The position numbers and the translations under genes were made by a program. A stretch of DNA of 64,000 bases. Origin: an uncultured Frigoriglobus sp. (GTDB taxonomy: Bacteria > Planctomycetota > Planctomycetia > Gemmatales > Gemmataceae). Below the pieces are notes generated by a model. The model was not told the origin of the DNA, made no database searches, and saw nothing but the letters and a program-made list of their open reading frames with translations. Shown here in pieces: positions 46,011 to 56,016 of the stretch (positions are counted from its first letter, which is position 1; each line of letters opens with the position of its first letter). Where the stretch lies: assembly GCA_964495365.1 (NCBI GenBank), contig CAZBXY010000003.1:11180-75179 (forward strand). Direction: 5' to 3'.

Positions 46011-47109
46011 TACTTTCGGTCGGTCGGTGCCACCGGCAACGCAAGTGGTGTTGGGAGCGTCGTTTGTGTCGTGAGTGCGGCGCCCGCGACTCCCGTGATA
46101 GGTTGCGGGCGCCCGCAACCTATCACGGGAGAACCGCGCAAAGAGTGGTCGAGGGGGCTGGTCACCCCACGGCCGCCTTTGTTCAGCACGTGCGTATAGA
46201 TCATCGTGGTTTCCACGCTCTTATGCCCAGCAGTTCCTGAACCGTGCGGATGTCGGAGCCGCTCTCGATCAGGTGCGTTGCGAACGAGTGCCGCAGGCTG
46301 TGCGTCGTGGCCCGCTTATTGATACCGGATCGCCGCACGGCCTCGGAAAAGGCCCGCGCAACGGCGCTCTCGTGCAGGTGCCAGCGGACCCACTGTCCGG
46401 TGCGACGGTCCCAGCAGCGTCGTGACGCCGGAAAGACGAACTGCCAGCAGAAGTCCCGGCTGGCGCCTGGCGATTTCCGCTGGAATGCCTCGGGCAGCGG
46501 CGCCGCGCCGAATCCGCGGGCCAGGTCGCGCAGGTGTTGGGCGTACACGGCGCGGGCGTGTGTGCGGAGTTCCGGCTTCACCACTTCGGGGAACACCGTG
46601 CGGCGGTCATGGCCCCCCTTACCGTGGCGGACGACGATGACGTTGTTTCCACCGTCGAGATCCTTTACCCGCAGTTGCAAGCACTCCAGTAAGCGGAGAC
46701 CGGCCCCGTACTGTAACATCGCGATGAGCCGATACATCCCGTCCAGTTGGTCGATGACGCGGTGAACCTCTTCGGGGCTGAGAACCGTCGGCAACCGCTT
46801 GTGCCGGTTCGCCCGGACCACGTTCAGTTCATCGAGCGGCGTACCCAGCACCGCGTCATAGAGGAACAACAGCGCCGCCATCGCCTGGTTCTGCGTGCTG
46901 GCCGCGACGGTACGGTCTACCGCCAGATGGGTGAGGAACTCGTTCACCTCCGGTTCGGCCATCGTGTTGGGATGGCGAATCTTGTGGAACAGGATGAACC
47001 GACGACACCAGTCGTGGTATGCGTCCTCGGTGCGGATACTGAAGTGTCGCACGCGACAGGCCATCCGAACACGGTCGAGCAACTTCGGCTGTTGTGCGGG
47101 AGCGTTCAT
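46010..47109 (-). pseudogene. intI: Integron integrase with a 1-nt frameshift
   Basis: KLLDRVR..CRVRHFSIRTEDAY..W..RFILFH, VAASTQNQA..ALLFLY, YGAGLRL.E, GKGG.DR, IntI insertion LP.A..RK.P.A....[24 protein letters not shown]. The frame breaks at LG(H) and [20 protein letters not shown] continues in another frame. Confidence 0.9.
46090..46131. repeat. Perfect 42-bp palindrome
   Basis: CTCCCGTGATAGGTTGCGGGC|GCCCGCAACCTATCACGGGAG, no spacer. Confidence 0.95.
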
Positions 47110-47258
47110 GGCGTCATCCCCGGAAGTGACGGTCCGTTCACTCCGCACAGATTGACACGAATCTGACCCGCAGTCAACGGGCCGCCTGACATTACCCTAT
47201 TAGTGATACTAGGTATACTAAGTGACAAAAGTCAAGTATAATTCGGCGGCCGGTGTGA

Positions 47259-48917
47259 TCACGGCTCCAGCAGGCCCGTCAGCGTGTCCCAGACGGCGGA
47301 GGTGTAGATCTGGTAGCCCCACAAGCTGGGGTGCGCGCCGTCGAACATCACGTCCGGGGAGATCGAGCCGTCCGGCGCCAGGAACCCGGCGCCGATGTCG
47401 AGGTACGTGACGCGACCACCGTCGTCCAGGTCGGCGATCCGGCGGTTCAGTTCGGCGATCTGCGGGCGGAACCGGTCGGTCGCGCGCCACCCGCGGGGCA
47501 GGACGCCGAGCAAGAGCACCTTCGTCTCGGGGAGCTGGGCGCCGAGTTCGCGCACGATCTTCTCGACGCCCGCGGCCACGTCCTTCGGTTGCTGGCCCCC
47601 GCCCAGGTTGTTCGAGCCGATCAGCACCACCACGACCTTCGGCGCGGCCATTGCCACCTGGCCGGTTTCGATCTGCCAGAGGACTTCCGAGGTGGTGATC
47701 CCGGCGACGGCGAAATCGAGCGCGCCGAGCGGGACGAACTTCTCGTCCCAGATGGGCTTGCCCGATGCGTTGTGGAGGAAGTCGGTGATCGAGTCGCCGA
47801 GGAACAGCACGTTGGGCCGCTCGCCGGTGAGGAGCGCCAACTGGTTCTCGATGTCGCGCCGGACCCAGTAGTCGTTGCCGGTGAGCGGCAGCGGGAGCGT
47901 GGCCCGCGGCGCCGCAGAAGTGGCCTTCGGAGGTGCGGGCGCCGGTTGGGCAGCGGGCGCCGGCGCCGGCGCGGCCTTCGTGAGCGCGGGTTTGGCCGGC
48001 GCGGGTGCGAGCGAAGCCACCATCCCGCGAACCGCCGGCGATCCGGCCGCGACCGCCGTGTAATGCGCGAGCAGTCCGTCGGCGCGGGTCGCCGGCGGCT
48101 TCGGCGCGCTCGCGGGGGCTTTGGTGGCGCGCTCTGGTTCGCTCACACCGGAAGCGGTCGCTGCGGCCGGTTTTCCGCTGCCGATCGCACTCCCGGATGC
48201 GTTGCTCGCGACGGCCGGGGACGCCGACGCCGGCGGAGCCGATCGGGCGAGGTACGACCGCACTTCGCGGGGCGTCAGGAACCCGTCGCCGTCGGCGTCG
48301 ATGAGCTGAAACTCCTCTCCGGTGCGGCCGGACGCGCGCCACCGGTCCGCCGACACGCGCCCGGTTCCTTGCGGGTCGAGGTCCGCGAACCACGCGGGCA
48401 ACGGCGCTGTTGCGCCCTGTTCGGAACGTAACTGGTCAACATTCGCCCGAAAGAGTTTGGAGAACGTGTCGGCGCCGAGGTGCCCGCGCTCATTGACCGC
48501 CGTGCGGAACTCGGTGGGGATTTCGCTTCCGGTCAGCACGCCGTCGCGGTTGGCGTCCAGTTGGCGGAACAGGGCGTCGGAGAGGAACTCGGTCGGCGTC
48601 CCGGTCGTGCGCGGCGGCCGGGGCGCCCCGCCACGCGGCTCGCTCGCGGTCGGCGGTTCCGGTGCGTCCTCAAAGTTGTCGGTGGGTCGCGGGGCGGTCG
48701 TGGTGCGAGTCGCGGTCGGGCGCGTCTGGAGCGGGCGCCCGGAGTTCGTCCCGGTCCAGCCGCCCGGGTCAAAGGCGGCGGCGTAACCGCTCGCTTCCGG
48801 TTCGCTCTGGGCGGGCGAAACGCGGGCGAGTGGTGGTTCGGTCGGTCCTGAGAGTATCGCGGTTCCGAGGGCCGTCAACAGTACGGCGCCGGTCAGAGCG
48901 ATGACGGAGGGACGCAC
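47259..48917 (-). CDS. Exported GDSL/SGNH hydrolase with EF-hand-like motifs
   Basis: LFLGDSIT, IGSNN, DGAHP; DANRDG and DADGDG loops; probable GTG start with signal peptide. Confidence 0.82.
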   Translation of the reverse strand: MRPSVIALTGAVLLTALGTAILSGPTEPPLARVSPAQSEPEASGYAAAFDPGGWTGTNSGRPLQTRPTATRTTTAPRPTDNFEDAPEPPTASEPRGGAPRPPRTTGTPTEFLSDALFRQLDANRDGVLTGSEIPTEFRTAVNERGHLGADTFSKLFRANVDQLRSEQGATAPLPAWFADLDPQGTGRVSADRWRASGRTGEEFQLIDADGDGFLTPREVRSYLARSAPPASASPAVASNASGSAIGSGKPAAATASGVSEPERATKAPASAPKPPATRADGLLAHYTAVAAGSPAVRGMVASLAPAPAKPALTKAAPAPAPAAQPAPAPPKATSAAPRATLPLPLTGNDYWVRRDIENQLALLTGERPNVLFLGDSITDFLHNASGKPIWDEKFVPLGALDFAVAGITTSEVLWQIETGQVAMAAPKVVVVLIGSNNLGGGQQPKDVAAGVEKIVRELGAQLPETKVLLLGVLPRGWRATDRFRPQIAELNRRIADLDDGGRVTYLDIGAGFLAPDGSISPDVMFDGAHPSLWGYQIYTSAVWDTLTGLLEP

Positions 48918-49092
48918 GGAAGTACCACGCGGGCTGGAGTTCGGGCCGACACTCTGGCTGTTGCGTCCGTGTTGCGCCAGTTGGAAAGGTGGGGAAATTG
49001 CACCAGACGGGCCAATGATGAGCAAGGCAATTTCGCCCGACTTCCGAGCGTTTTCATTCGCGGCGGGCGTTCGGATCGATACACCGCCGGAT

Positions 49093-50859
49093 ATGGCCGA
49101 AGTCGCCACACCGCCGGAACCCGCCGACGCGCCGAACGGAACCCGCTGGCTGTTCCGCCGCGTGCCCGCGCTCGACTCGCTCCGCGCGTACTCGTTCGGA
49201 GCATTCGGGCGCGACCTCACCGCCGGGTTGACGGTCGCCACCGTCGCAGTGCCGCAGGCGATGGCCTACGCGATGCTCGCCGGGCTGCCCCCGCAGTACG
49301 GCCTCTACACCGCGATCGTCATGACCGCCGTCGGGGCGCTGCTCGACTCGTCGAAACAGCTCATCAACGGCCCGACGAACGCGATTTCCATCGCGCTTCT
49401 GAGTGCGCTGGTGCTGGTGCCCGAGGGCGAGCGGGTGCCGGCGGCCATCGCCCTCGCGGGCCTCGTCGGGCTGATTCAACTGGGGATCGCGCTCCTGCGG
49501 CTTGGCGACCTGACGCGGTTCGTCTCGCACAGCGTCATCGTCGGGTTCACGCTCGGCGCCTCGGTCCTGCTCGTCCTCGATCAGGCGAAACACCTGTTCG
49601 GGCTGCGCCCGGTCGGCCACGCGACCGAACACTTCCTCACGCGATTCTGGCTAACGGTCAGTGCCGGGACGATCCACTGGCCGACCGTGCTGGTCGGGAC
49701 GACGACGATTCTGATCGTGGTCAGCGTGCGCAGGCTGAACGGGGTGATGAAGCGGCGCGGGTTCCGGTTCCCGATCCCGCAACACCTCGTCGCGGTGGTA
49801 CTGATGGCGACGCTCGTTTGGGCCTTTGGGTTGCACGAGCGGGGCGTTCAGATCGTCGGGGCGGTGCCAGCATCGCTGCCGGCGTTTCAGCTTCCCGAGG
49901 TGAAGTGGGAGCAGACGCGGCTCCTGGCCGGTAGTGCGTTCGCGATCGCGGTGCTGGGGTTGCTCGAAGCGCTGGCGATGGCGAAGGCGATCGCGGCGCG
50001 CACCGGGCAGCGGCTCGACGTGAACCAGCAGTGCCTCAGCGAAGGGGCCGCGAACCTTGCAGGAAGTTTCTTCCAGTGCTTTCCCGGCTCCGGGTCGCTC
50101 ACGCGGTCGGCCGTGAACCAGCAGGCCGGGGCCGTCAGCCAGTGGTCGGGCGTGTTCGCCGCGATCGCGGTCGCCGCCACGGTGCTGCTGTTCGCCCCGC
50201 TGGCGAGCTACATCCCGCGGGCGTCGCTGGCCGGGTTGCTCATCCTCGCCGCGTACCGGATGATCGACGGACACCAGCTTCTGTTCCACCTCCGTGCAAC
50301 GCGGTTCGACGCCGGCGTGGTGTTGGCGACGGCCCTCGCGGCGCTTCTGATCTCGATCGAGTTCTGCATCGTGATCGGCGTGTTCCTGTCGTTCGCGCTG
50401 TACGTTCCGAAGGCCGCTCAGGTGCAACTGAACGCGCTCGACGTGCCGGCCGAAGGCGAACCGGGCGCGCGGGTTCTCGCGTTCGAGCTGGAAGGCGAAC
50501 TGTTCTTCGGTGCGGAAGTCGAACTGGCGAAACACTTCGCGACGATTTCTGATGCGGCGCGCGGGGAAGTGGGCGCGGTCGTTCTGGTGCTCGATCGCGG
50601 GCGCAACCCCGACGCGACGTTCCTCCACTTGCTCCGCGACTGCGCCGAGAGTCTGCGCGCGCGGGGGGTTGTGTTGCTGTTGAGCGGCGTTCAACCGCAA
50701 CTGCTGGCGTGTCTCGCAAGCACCGGACTGGCCGAAGCGATCGGCGCCGACCGGATCTTCCCGCTGGCGGCCGATCGGCCCGCGGGCAGCGACGCGATCG
50801 CGTGCGCCCGCGGCATCCTCGCCGCGCCCCGGAGTGACACCGCGCCCGCGGTCGGGTAG
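49093..50859 (+). CDS. SulP family anion transporter with STAS domain
   Basis: DLTAGLTVA.VAVPQAMAYA, PQYGLY, NGPT, GSLTRSAVN, GELFFG. Confidence 0.92.
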   Translation: MAEVATPPEPADAPNGTRWLFRRVPALDSLRAYSFGAFGRDLTAGLTVATVAVPQAMAYAMLAGLPPQYGLYTAIVMTAVGALLDSSKQLINGPTNAISIALLSALVLVPEGERVPAAIALAGLVGLIQLGIALLRLGDLTRFVSHSVIVGFTLGASVLLVLDQAKHLFGLRPVGHATEHFLTRFWLTVSAGTIHWPTVLVGTTTILIVVSVRRLNGVMKRRGFRFPIPQHLVAVVLMATLVWAFGLHERGVQIVGAVPASLPAFQLPEVKWEQTRLLAGSAFAIAVLGLLEALAMAKAIAARTGQRLDVNQQCLSEGAANLAGSFFQCFPGSGSLTRSAVNQQAGAVSQWSGVFAAIAVAATVLLFAPLASYIPRASLAGLLILAAYRMIDGHQLLFHLRATRFDAGVVLATALAALLISIEFCIVIGVFLSFALYVPKAAQVQLNALDVPAEGEPGARVLAFELEGELFFGAEVELAKHFATISDAARGEVGAVVLVLDRGRNPDATFLHLLRDCAESLRARGVVLLLSGVQPQLLACLASTGLAEAIGADRIFPLAADRPAGSDAIACARGILAAPRSDTAPAVG

Positions 50860-50902
50860 GCTATTTGCGGTATTCCAATCACGCGGTGGTTTCCGGTATC
50901 AC

Positions 50903-52828
50903 ATGACACGCACGCGACTGCTCCCGGTTGGTGTGTTGTGCGCTCTCGCGGGCGCGGTCGCGGTCGGTGCGTGGTTCGGGCTGTTCCGCCCCGCGCCGCC
51001 GGCGTCAACCCCTGAACCGCCATCGGAGCGCACCGACGATGTTGCCGATCCGCCCCCGCCCGACCCGCGGTTGACCTTCCCGACCGTCTTCCGAAACGTC
51101 AAGCCCGATGTGAGTTACGTCGGCGACGCGAGCTGCGCCGACTGCCACGGTAAAATTTGCACCTCGTATCACGCGCACCCGATGGGCCGGTCCGCGGAAC
51201 TCATCACCCGGGCACCGGTCATCGAGAAGTACGACGCGGGCGCGGTGACGATCGGCCCGTACCAACTGAGCGTCGGGAAGGACGCGACTGGCGTGACGCA
51301 CCGCGTCACGGCGAAGGACGCTGGCGGCGCGGCGCTCCCGGCGTACACCGTTTCCGCCGATGTCGCGATCGGCTCGGGCATCCGCGGGCGGTCGTATTTG
51401 TCGGTCGAAAGCGGCACCGTGTGGCAGACGCCGATCAGTTGGTTTTCGGCCGAAGCGCGGTGGGACGTGTCGCCGGGTTTCGACCTCGGCACCGGGGGCC
51501 GGCGCGCGATCATCCCGGCGTGCCTGTTCTGCCACGTCGATCGCGTCGAACCGGTGCCGCACACGATCAACCGCTACCGCGAGCCGCTATTCCCCAGGCA
51601 AGCCGCGATCGGCTGCGAGCGGTGCCACGGCCCCGGTGCGCTGCACGTCGCCGAGCGGACCGAACGGAAGCCTGCCGAGAAGGTCGATACCTCGATCGTC
51701 AACCCGAAGCACCTGTCGCCGGCGCTCCAGACATCGATCTGCGAACAGTGTCACCTTCAGGGGCAGGAGCGGGTGACGCTCCGCGGGCGGAGCGAGTTCG
51801 AGTTCCGCCCGGGATTGCCGTTCAGCTCGTTCGTGACCGTGTTCGTCCGGCACCCGGACCTGGTGGAGGCGAACCGGTCGGTCGGCCAGTTCGAGCAGTT
51901 GGAGGAGAGCCGCTGCACGACCGCGACCGGCGGCCGGCTGCTCTGCACGAGTTGCCACGACCCGCACACGATTCCGGCCGCGGCCGAGCGTGACCGGTTC
52001 TACCGCGACCGCTGCAATGTTTGTCATAACTCGAAGGGCTGCACGGCTCCGCCGGCGGATCGGACGGCCAAGAACGATAGTTGCACCGCGTGCCACATGC
52101 CGCGGGCGGGCAGCTCGAACATCGCGCACGCGAGCATCACCGATCACCGGATCTTGCGGCGCCCAGTCGCGCCGGTTCCGCCACGCGGGCTGGCGCCGGG
52201 CGACTCGCCACTGGTCGTTTACCGCGCGGCGACCCCCCCGGAGCGCGATCGCGCGCTGGGGATCGCACTGGCGCGCGTGGCCGGGCGGCTCCCGGCGGGG
52301 GGCGCGCAATCGACCGTCGGCCGGCTCGCACGGGATGAACTCCGTACGTCTCTCGGTCTCTGGCGCGGCGACGCGGAGGCGTGGGCGGCGATGAGTGCGG
52401 CCCGCGGCGCGACCGGGGAACCCGACGAACGCATCACCGCGGCCGAACGTGCCCTCCGCCTGGCGCCAGGGTCGGAGCCGGCGCTGGTGGAGGTCGCGGC
52501 GGCGGCGCTCGTACTCGGCCGGTTCGATCGGGCCGAAGAGGCCGCGACCGCGCTCGTCGCCCTAACGCCCCGTTCGGTCGAACACCGGATGACCCGCGCG
52601 ACGGTGCTCGTCGCGCAAAAGAAGTGGGAAGCAGCCGAGGCCGAGTGCCGGGCGGCCCTACAATTGCACCCGTTACACCCGCAGGCGCGGCTCGTACTCG
52701 GGGTGTGTCTGCACCACCGCGGCGCCCCGGCCGCGGGGCGCCAGGAGGCCGATACCGCCGCCGCTCTGGCCACTCATCCGCGCCAGCGCAAGGCCATTCA
52801 GGAGTGGTACGACCGCGAGACGCGCTGA
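50903..52828 (+). CDS. Multiheme cytochrome c (7 CxxCH) + TPR
   Basis: CADCH, CLFCH, CERCH, CEQCH, CTSCH, CNVCH, CTACH; N-terminal anchor; C-terminal TPRs. Confidence 0.88.
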   Translation: MTRTRLLPVGVLCALAGAVAVGAWFGLFRPAPPASTPEPPSERTDDVADPPPPDPRLTFPTVFRNVKPDVSYVGDASCADCHGKICTSYHAHPMGRSAELITRAPVIEKYDAGAVTIGPYQLSVGKDATGVTHRVTAKDAGGAALPAYTVSADVAIGSGIRGRSYLSVESGTVWQTPISWFSAEARWDVSPGFDLGTGGRRAIIPACLFCHVDRVEPVPHTINRYREPLFPRQAAIGCERCHGPGALHVAERTERKPAEKVDTSIVNPKHLSPALQTSICEQCHLQGQERVTLRGRSEFEFRPGLPFSSFVTVFVRHPDLVEANRSVGQFEQLEESRCTTATGGRLLCTSCHDPHTIPAAAERDRFYRDRCNVCHNSKGCTAPPADRTAKNDSCTACHMPRAGSSNIAHASITDHRILRRPVAPVPPRGLAPGDSPLVVYRAATPPERDRALGIALARVAGRLPAGGAQSTVGRLARDELRTSLGLWRGDAEAWAAMSAARGATGEPDERITAAERALRLAPGSEPALVEVAAAALVLGRFDRAEEAATALVALTPRSVEHRMTRATVLVAQKKWEAAEAECRAALQLHPLHPQARLVLGVCLHHRGAPAAGRQEADTAAALATHPRQRKAIQEWYDRETR

Positions 52829-52852
52829 TCGCCTGATGTGGGACAGACCTCC

Positions 52853-52911
52853 CGTAGCCCGACTCGGAGAGTCGGGTGTGAAGTGGACCCGACTCGGAGA
52901 GTCGGGCTACG
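52853..52911. repeat. GTAG-type REP doublet between convergent genes
   Basis: GTAG-CCCGACTC-GGA-GAGTCGGG-N11-CCCGACTC-GGA-GAGTCGGG-CTAC. Confidence 0.8.
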
Positions 52912-52914
52912 TGG

Positions 52915-54135
52915 CTACCGCGGGGTTTCGCGGCAGGCGGCGGCGGCCTTGCGCCACATCGCGGCCAGTTGGGGCTTGCCCAGCCGGTCGCACAACTCGG
53001 CCAGTTCCAATCGCACCACCGGGTCCCACGGCTTCTGCATCGCCTCGCGCGACAGCGCGCTGATCCGGTCGAGATCTTTTCGCAACTCCTCGGCCCGCGC
53101 GAAGGCCCGCGCGGCGTCGCCGGCGTGCCCCGACCCCGCGAGTACCTGTCCGAGCAGGAAGTGCGCCTGCCGGTCGGTCGGGGCCAGCTCGATCGCCCGC
53201 TCGTAGCACCGGCGCGCGTCGGCGGGGCGCGCCTGGTCCTCATAAACCTGCCCGCGCAGCCGGTACAGCGCCGCGGTCGGCTGCCTGGCGAGCGCCGCGT
53301 CCAGCACGTCGGCCGCTTGGGGCTGCCGCCCCAGCCCGCGGAGGCACTCGGCCCGCGCCACACCTGCGGCCGGGTCGTCGGAGGGCGGCCCGCCGTCGAG
53401 AACCGCCAGCCCCTCGGCAAACTTGGCCTGCCGGGCACACACCTCCGCGACCTCGACCCGTACCGCGCGCTCGACCTCCGGGGGCAGCCCGCGGCGGAGC
53501 GCCTCGCGGTACGCCTCTTCCGCGAGCGGGTCTTGCGCCATGTCCTTGTAAATGAGGCCGATGAGCCGGTGCGGGCGCGAGTCGGCGGGGTCCAGTTCGG
53601 CGACCCGGCGCAGGAACTCGATGGCCTCGATCATCTGCCCGAGGTCGTAGGCGATCGCGGCCAGCCCGCGCAGCCCGTCGAGGTGGTCCGCCTGCTCGGC
53701 GACCACGAACCGGAACACCCGGTGGGCCTCCTTGAGGTCGCCGAGTGCCAGGAGGCACCGCCCGGAGAGCGCGGCGGCACGTACGCGGAGCGGCCCCTCG
53801 GCGCGCACCTGATTGAGCTGCGCGAGGGCGCGGTCCGGGGCGCCGAACGTCAGGAGCGCTTCGCCCCGCAGGAGGTGCGCGTGATCGGGCGCGCCGGCCG
53901 CTTCGAGCCGGTCGGCGTAGGCGCGAACGCCCTCGGTGTCACCGGCGCGGAGCGCGTCTTCGCCGCGGGCGAACCGGTACTCGGTGCGCGTGACGCGGTA
54001 CCGCCACGCGCCGCCCGCGAGCGCGCCGAGAACGAGGACGAGCAGGGTGACCCGCCGGCGCACCCGCCCGGCGGAAGCAGACCCTCCCGCGCCCGGCGCG
54101 GGAGGGGGGGCGGACAGCGGAGGAGGGGAGGTCAT
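52915..54135 (-). CDS. TPR repeat protein with N-terminal TM anchor
   Basis: Hydrophobic anchor followed by repeated A...A..L.P TPR patterns. Confidence 0.85.
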   Translation of the reverse strand: MTSPPPLSAPPPAPGAGGSASAGRVRRRVTLLVLVLGALAGGAWRYRVTRTEYRFARGEDALRAGDTEGVRAYADRLEAAGAPDHAHLLRGEALLTFGAPDRALAQLNQVRAEGPLRVRAAALSGRCLLALGDLKEAHRVFRFVVAEQADHLDGLRGLAAIAYDLGQMIEAIEFLRRVAELDPADSRPHRLIGLIYKDMAQDPLAEEAYREALRRGLPPEVERAVRVEVAEVCARQAKFAEGLAVLDGGPPSDDPAAGVARAECLRGLGRQPQAADVLDAALARQPTAALYRLRGQVYEDQARPADARRCYERAIELAPTDRQAHFLLGQVLAGSGHAGDAARAFARAEELRKDLDRISALSREAMQKPWDPVVRLELAELCDRLGKPQLAAMWRKAAAACRETPR

Positions 54136-54142
54136 ACCCGCA

Positions 54143-54721
54143 TCACGGCTTCGACTTCAGATCGATCGCGACCGGCTGGTTCTCGGGCGGAACCTTGACA
54201 CTCAGCGGGGTGGTGCTGGTCGCCGCATAGATCGGGGGCAGGTCCGACTTCACGCCCCCCACCTCCTTGCCCGGCATCCCGGGGCCGGGCATCCCCGGCA
54301 TTCCGGGCATTCCGGGCATCGCGGGCTTCCCGCCGGCCCCGGGCATCGGGGTCGGGGCGGTGATGCCCTTGGTCGATTTGTCCTGTTCCTTCTGTTCGGC
54401 CTTCATGTGCTTGATGTAATCGGCGCTCTCGGGGGTCATGCCCTCGGCCCCCTTCACCACCTTGGATTTCGTCACGGTGACCTTGTAGGTTCCGGGCGTG
54501 GCGCCGGGCTTCTCCCCGCCGCCGAGCGTGAATTCGCCGGCGGCGTTGGTGAAGCCGGAGAACGTTCGGCTCCCGTCCTCGCTGGTGAAGACGACGGTCG
54601 CGCCCTCGACCGGTTTGCCGTCCAACTTCACGACCCCGGCGACCGGGACGTATTTGGTCCCGCACCCGGTCAGCGCCAGAACGGCGCACAGGCACGCGAC
54701 GCGGCTCAGTGTTCGGATCAT
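54143..54721 (-). CDS. Lipoprotein, carboxypeptidase-regulatory-like domain (DUF1559 partner)
   Basis: Lipobox LTGC, V.GVVKLDGKPVEGATVVF, G.TNAAGEFTL, PGTYKVTV; PGM repeats. Confidence 0.82.
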   Translation of the reverse strand: MIRTLSRVACLCAVLALTGCGTKYVPVAGVVKLDGKPVEGATVVFTSEDGSRTFSGFTNAAGEFTLGGGEKPGATPGTYKVTVTKSKVVKGAEGMTPESADYIKHMKAEQKEQDKSTKGITAPTPMPGAGGKPAMPGMPGMPGMPGPGMPGKEVGGVKSDLPPIYAATSTTPLSVKVPPENQPVAIDLKSKP

Positions 54722-54864
54722 GGCAGCTCGTCTCCTGGAGAGTGTGTACACAAGAGCGGAGTTACGCAGATGAGCCGCTTGGGGTTTCGCGAGTGTCGGC
54801 CCGCGAAGCCCCAAGCGGCTTGATCGAAGTCCTCAGCGGCCGTCGGACGTCCGCCCGCCGGCAA

Positions 54865-55884
54865 TCACGGGAGATTGACCGCCAGACCGTCGTCGCGCGC
54901 GCCGAGGAGCTGGTAGGTGCGGTGCTCGATCGACTGGCTCACGAACCGGACGCTCCCGTCGCCGAACAGGAAGTTGGCCCCGCCGGAGTGGTTCGACTTG
55001 AACCCAAACGAGATGTTCCAGTTGCTCGGGCACGACTGCTGCGCGGTGCCGGGGCAGCTCGGGCCGTCGGACCGCTGGTTGATCGGCACGATCGTCGAGC
55101 AGTGGGCTGCGCCGCTGCTGTTAAAGTGCCACCACGCGCCGCCCGCCAGGTGGTCGTGGTGCTTCGGGAGCGACTCGCCGATCAGGATCGTGTTCGACAG
55201 CCCGTCTTTGGCCATCGCCATGTTGATGATCGCGCCCAGGCGGTTGAACATCCCGCGGATCCCGTTGCTGCTCCAGTCGTTGCCGTGGTCCGGGCTGGTC
55301 GCGTAGCCCCAGCCCATCGCCGTCGTACAGTATTGTTGGTTCGGGTCAAAGCCGTACGGCCCGATGGAGCACTGCGGGCCCATGCTGCCGACGTAGTTGG
55401 TGACCTTCGCGTTCGGGTCGAAGTCGTCGCTGGGGCACCGGATGTACTTCGGGGCTGGCTGGAGGGCCGGGTTGGCGCTGACGGTGGCGTGGACCGAGTT
55501 GTACACGTTGGCCCGCGGGTTGATCCCCTTGTACAGGTTGTCCTGTTCCAGGTACGGCAGCGAGTAGACGATCCAGTTGCCCTGGTCGCTGTTCCAGTCG
55601 CCGTTGTTGTCGTTGCCCGGCCAGGGCTGGTAGTCCTGCCCGGTGCCGGTGCCCATCGCCCCGCCCGGCGGGAACTTGCTCCGCACGTCGTGGTAGCTGT
55701 GCATCGCGATACCGATTTGCTTGAGGTTGTTCTGGCACCTCATGCGCGCGGCGGCCTCGCGCACCTTCTGGACGGCGGGAAGGAGGAGACCGATGAGGAT
55801 CGCGATGATCGCGATGACCACCAAGAGCTCGATCAGTGTGAAGGCGGCGGGGCGCCGTCTTCGGAGGGAGAAGAGTTGGGTCAT
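54865..55884 (-). CDS. DUF1559 prepilin-type protein
   Basis: AFTLIELLVVIAIIAILIGLLLPAVQKVREAAAR.RCQNNLKQIG; HSGGANFLFGDGSVRF (H-X9-DG). Confidence 0.95.
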   Translation of the reverse strand: MTQLFSLRRRRPAAFTLIELLVVIAIIAILIGLLLPAVQKVREAAARMRCQNNLKQIGIAMHSYHDVRSKFPPGGAMGTGTGQDYQPWPGNDNNGDWNSDQGNWIVYSLPYLEQDNLYKGINPRANVYNSVHATVSANPALQPAPKYIRCPSDDFDPNAKVTNYVGSMGPQCSIGPYGFDPNQQYCTTAMGWGYATSPDHGNDWSSNGIRGMFNRLGAIINMAMAKDGLSNTILIGESLPKHHDHLAGGAWWHFNSSGAAHCSTIVPINQRSDGPSCPGTAQQSCPSNWNISFGFKSNHSGGANFLFGDGSVRFVSQSIEHRTYQLLGARDDGLAVNLP

Positions 55885-56016
55885 GATCTGGACGCCTGTA
55901 AAGAGATAAGGGATCGGTCCCTGCGCAACAATCGATACTTCTCCAGAATCACCAGATCGTCAAGTGCAGTCAAGTGAGAGTTGATGAAAATATTCTGTGA
56001 GGCCGAAAAGTCAGGA

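Noticed and set aside
47231-47247. GTCAAGTATAATTCGGC as a second attI upstream of intI
   Set aside because: Lacks the GTT triplet and no cassette or attC follows on that side.
54270-54325. 9-bp repeats
   Set aside because: They encode a PGM low-complexity linker within a lipoprotein.
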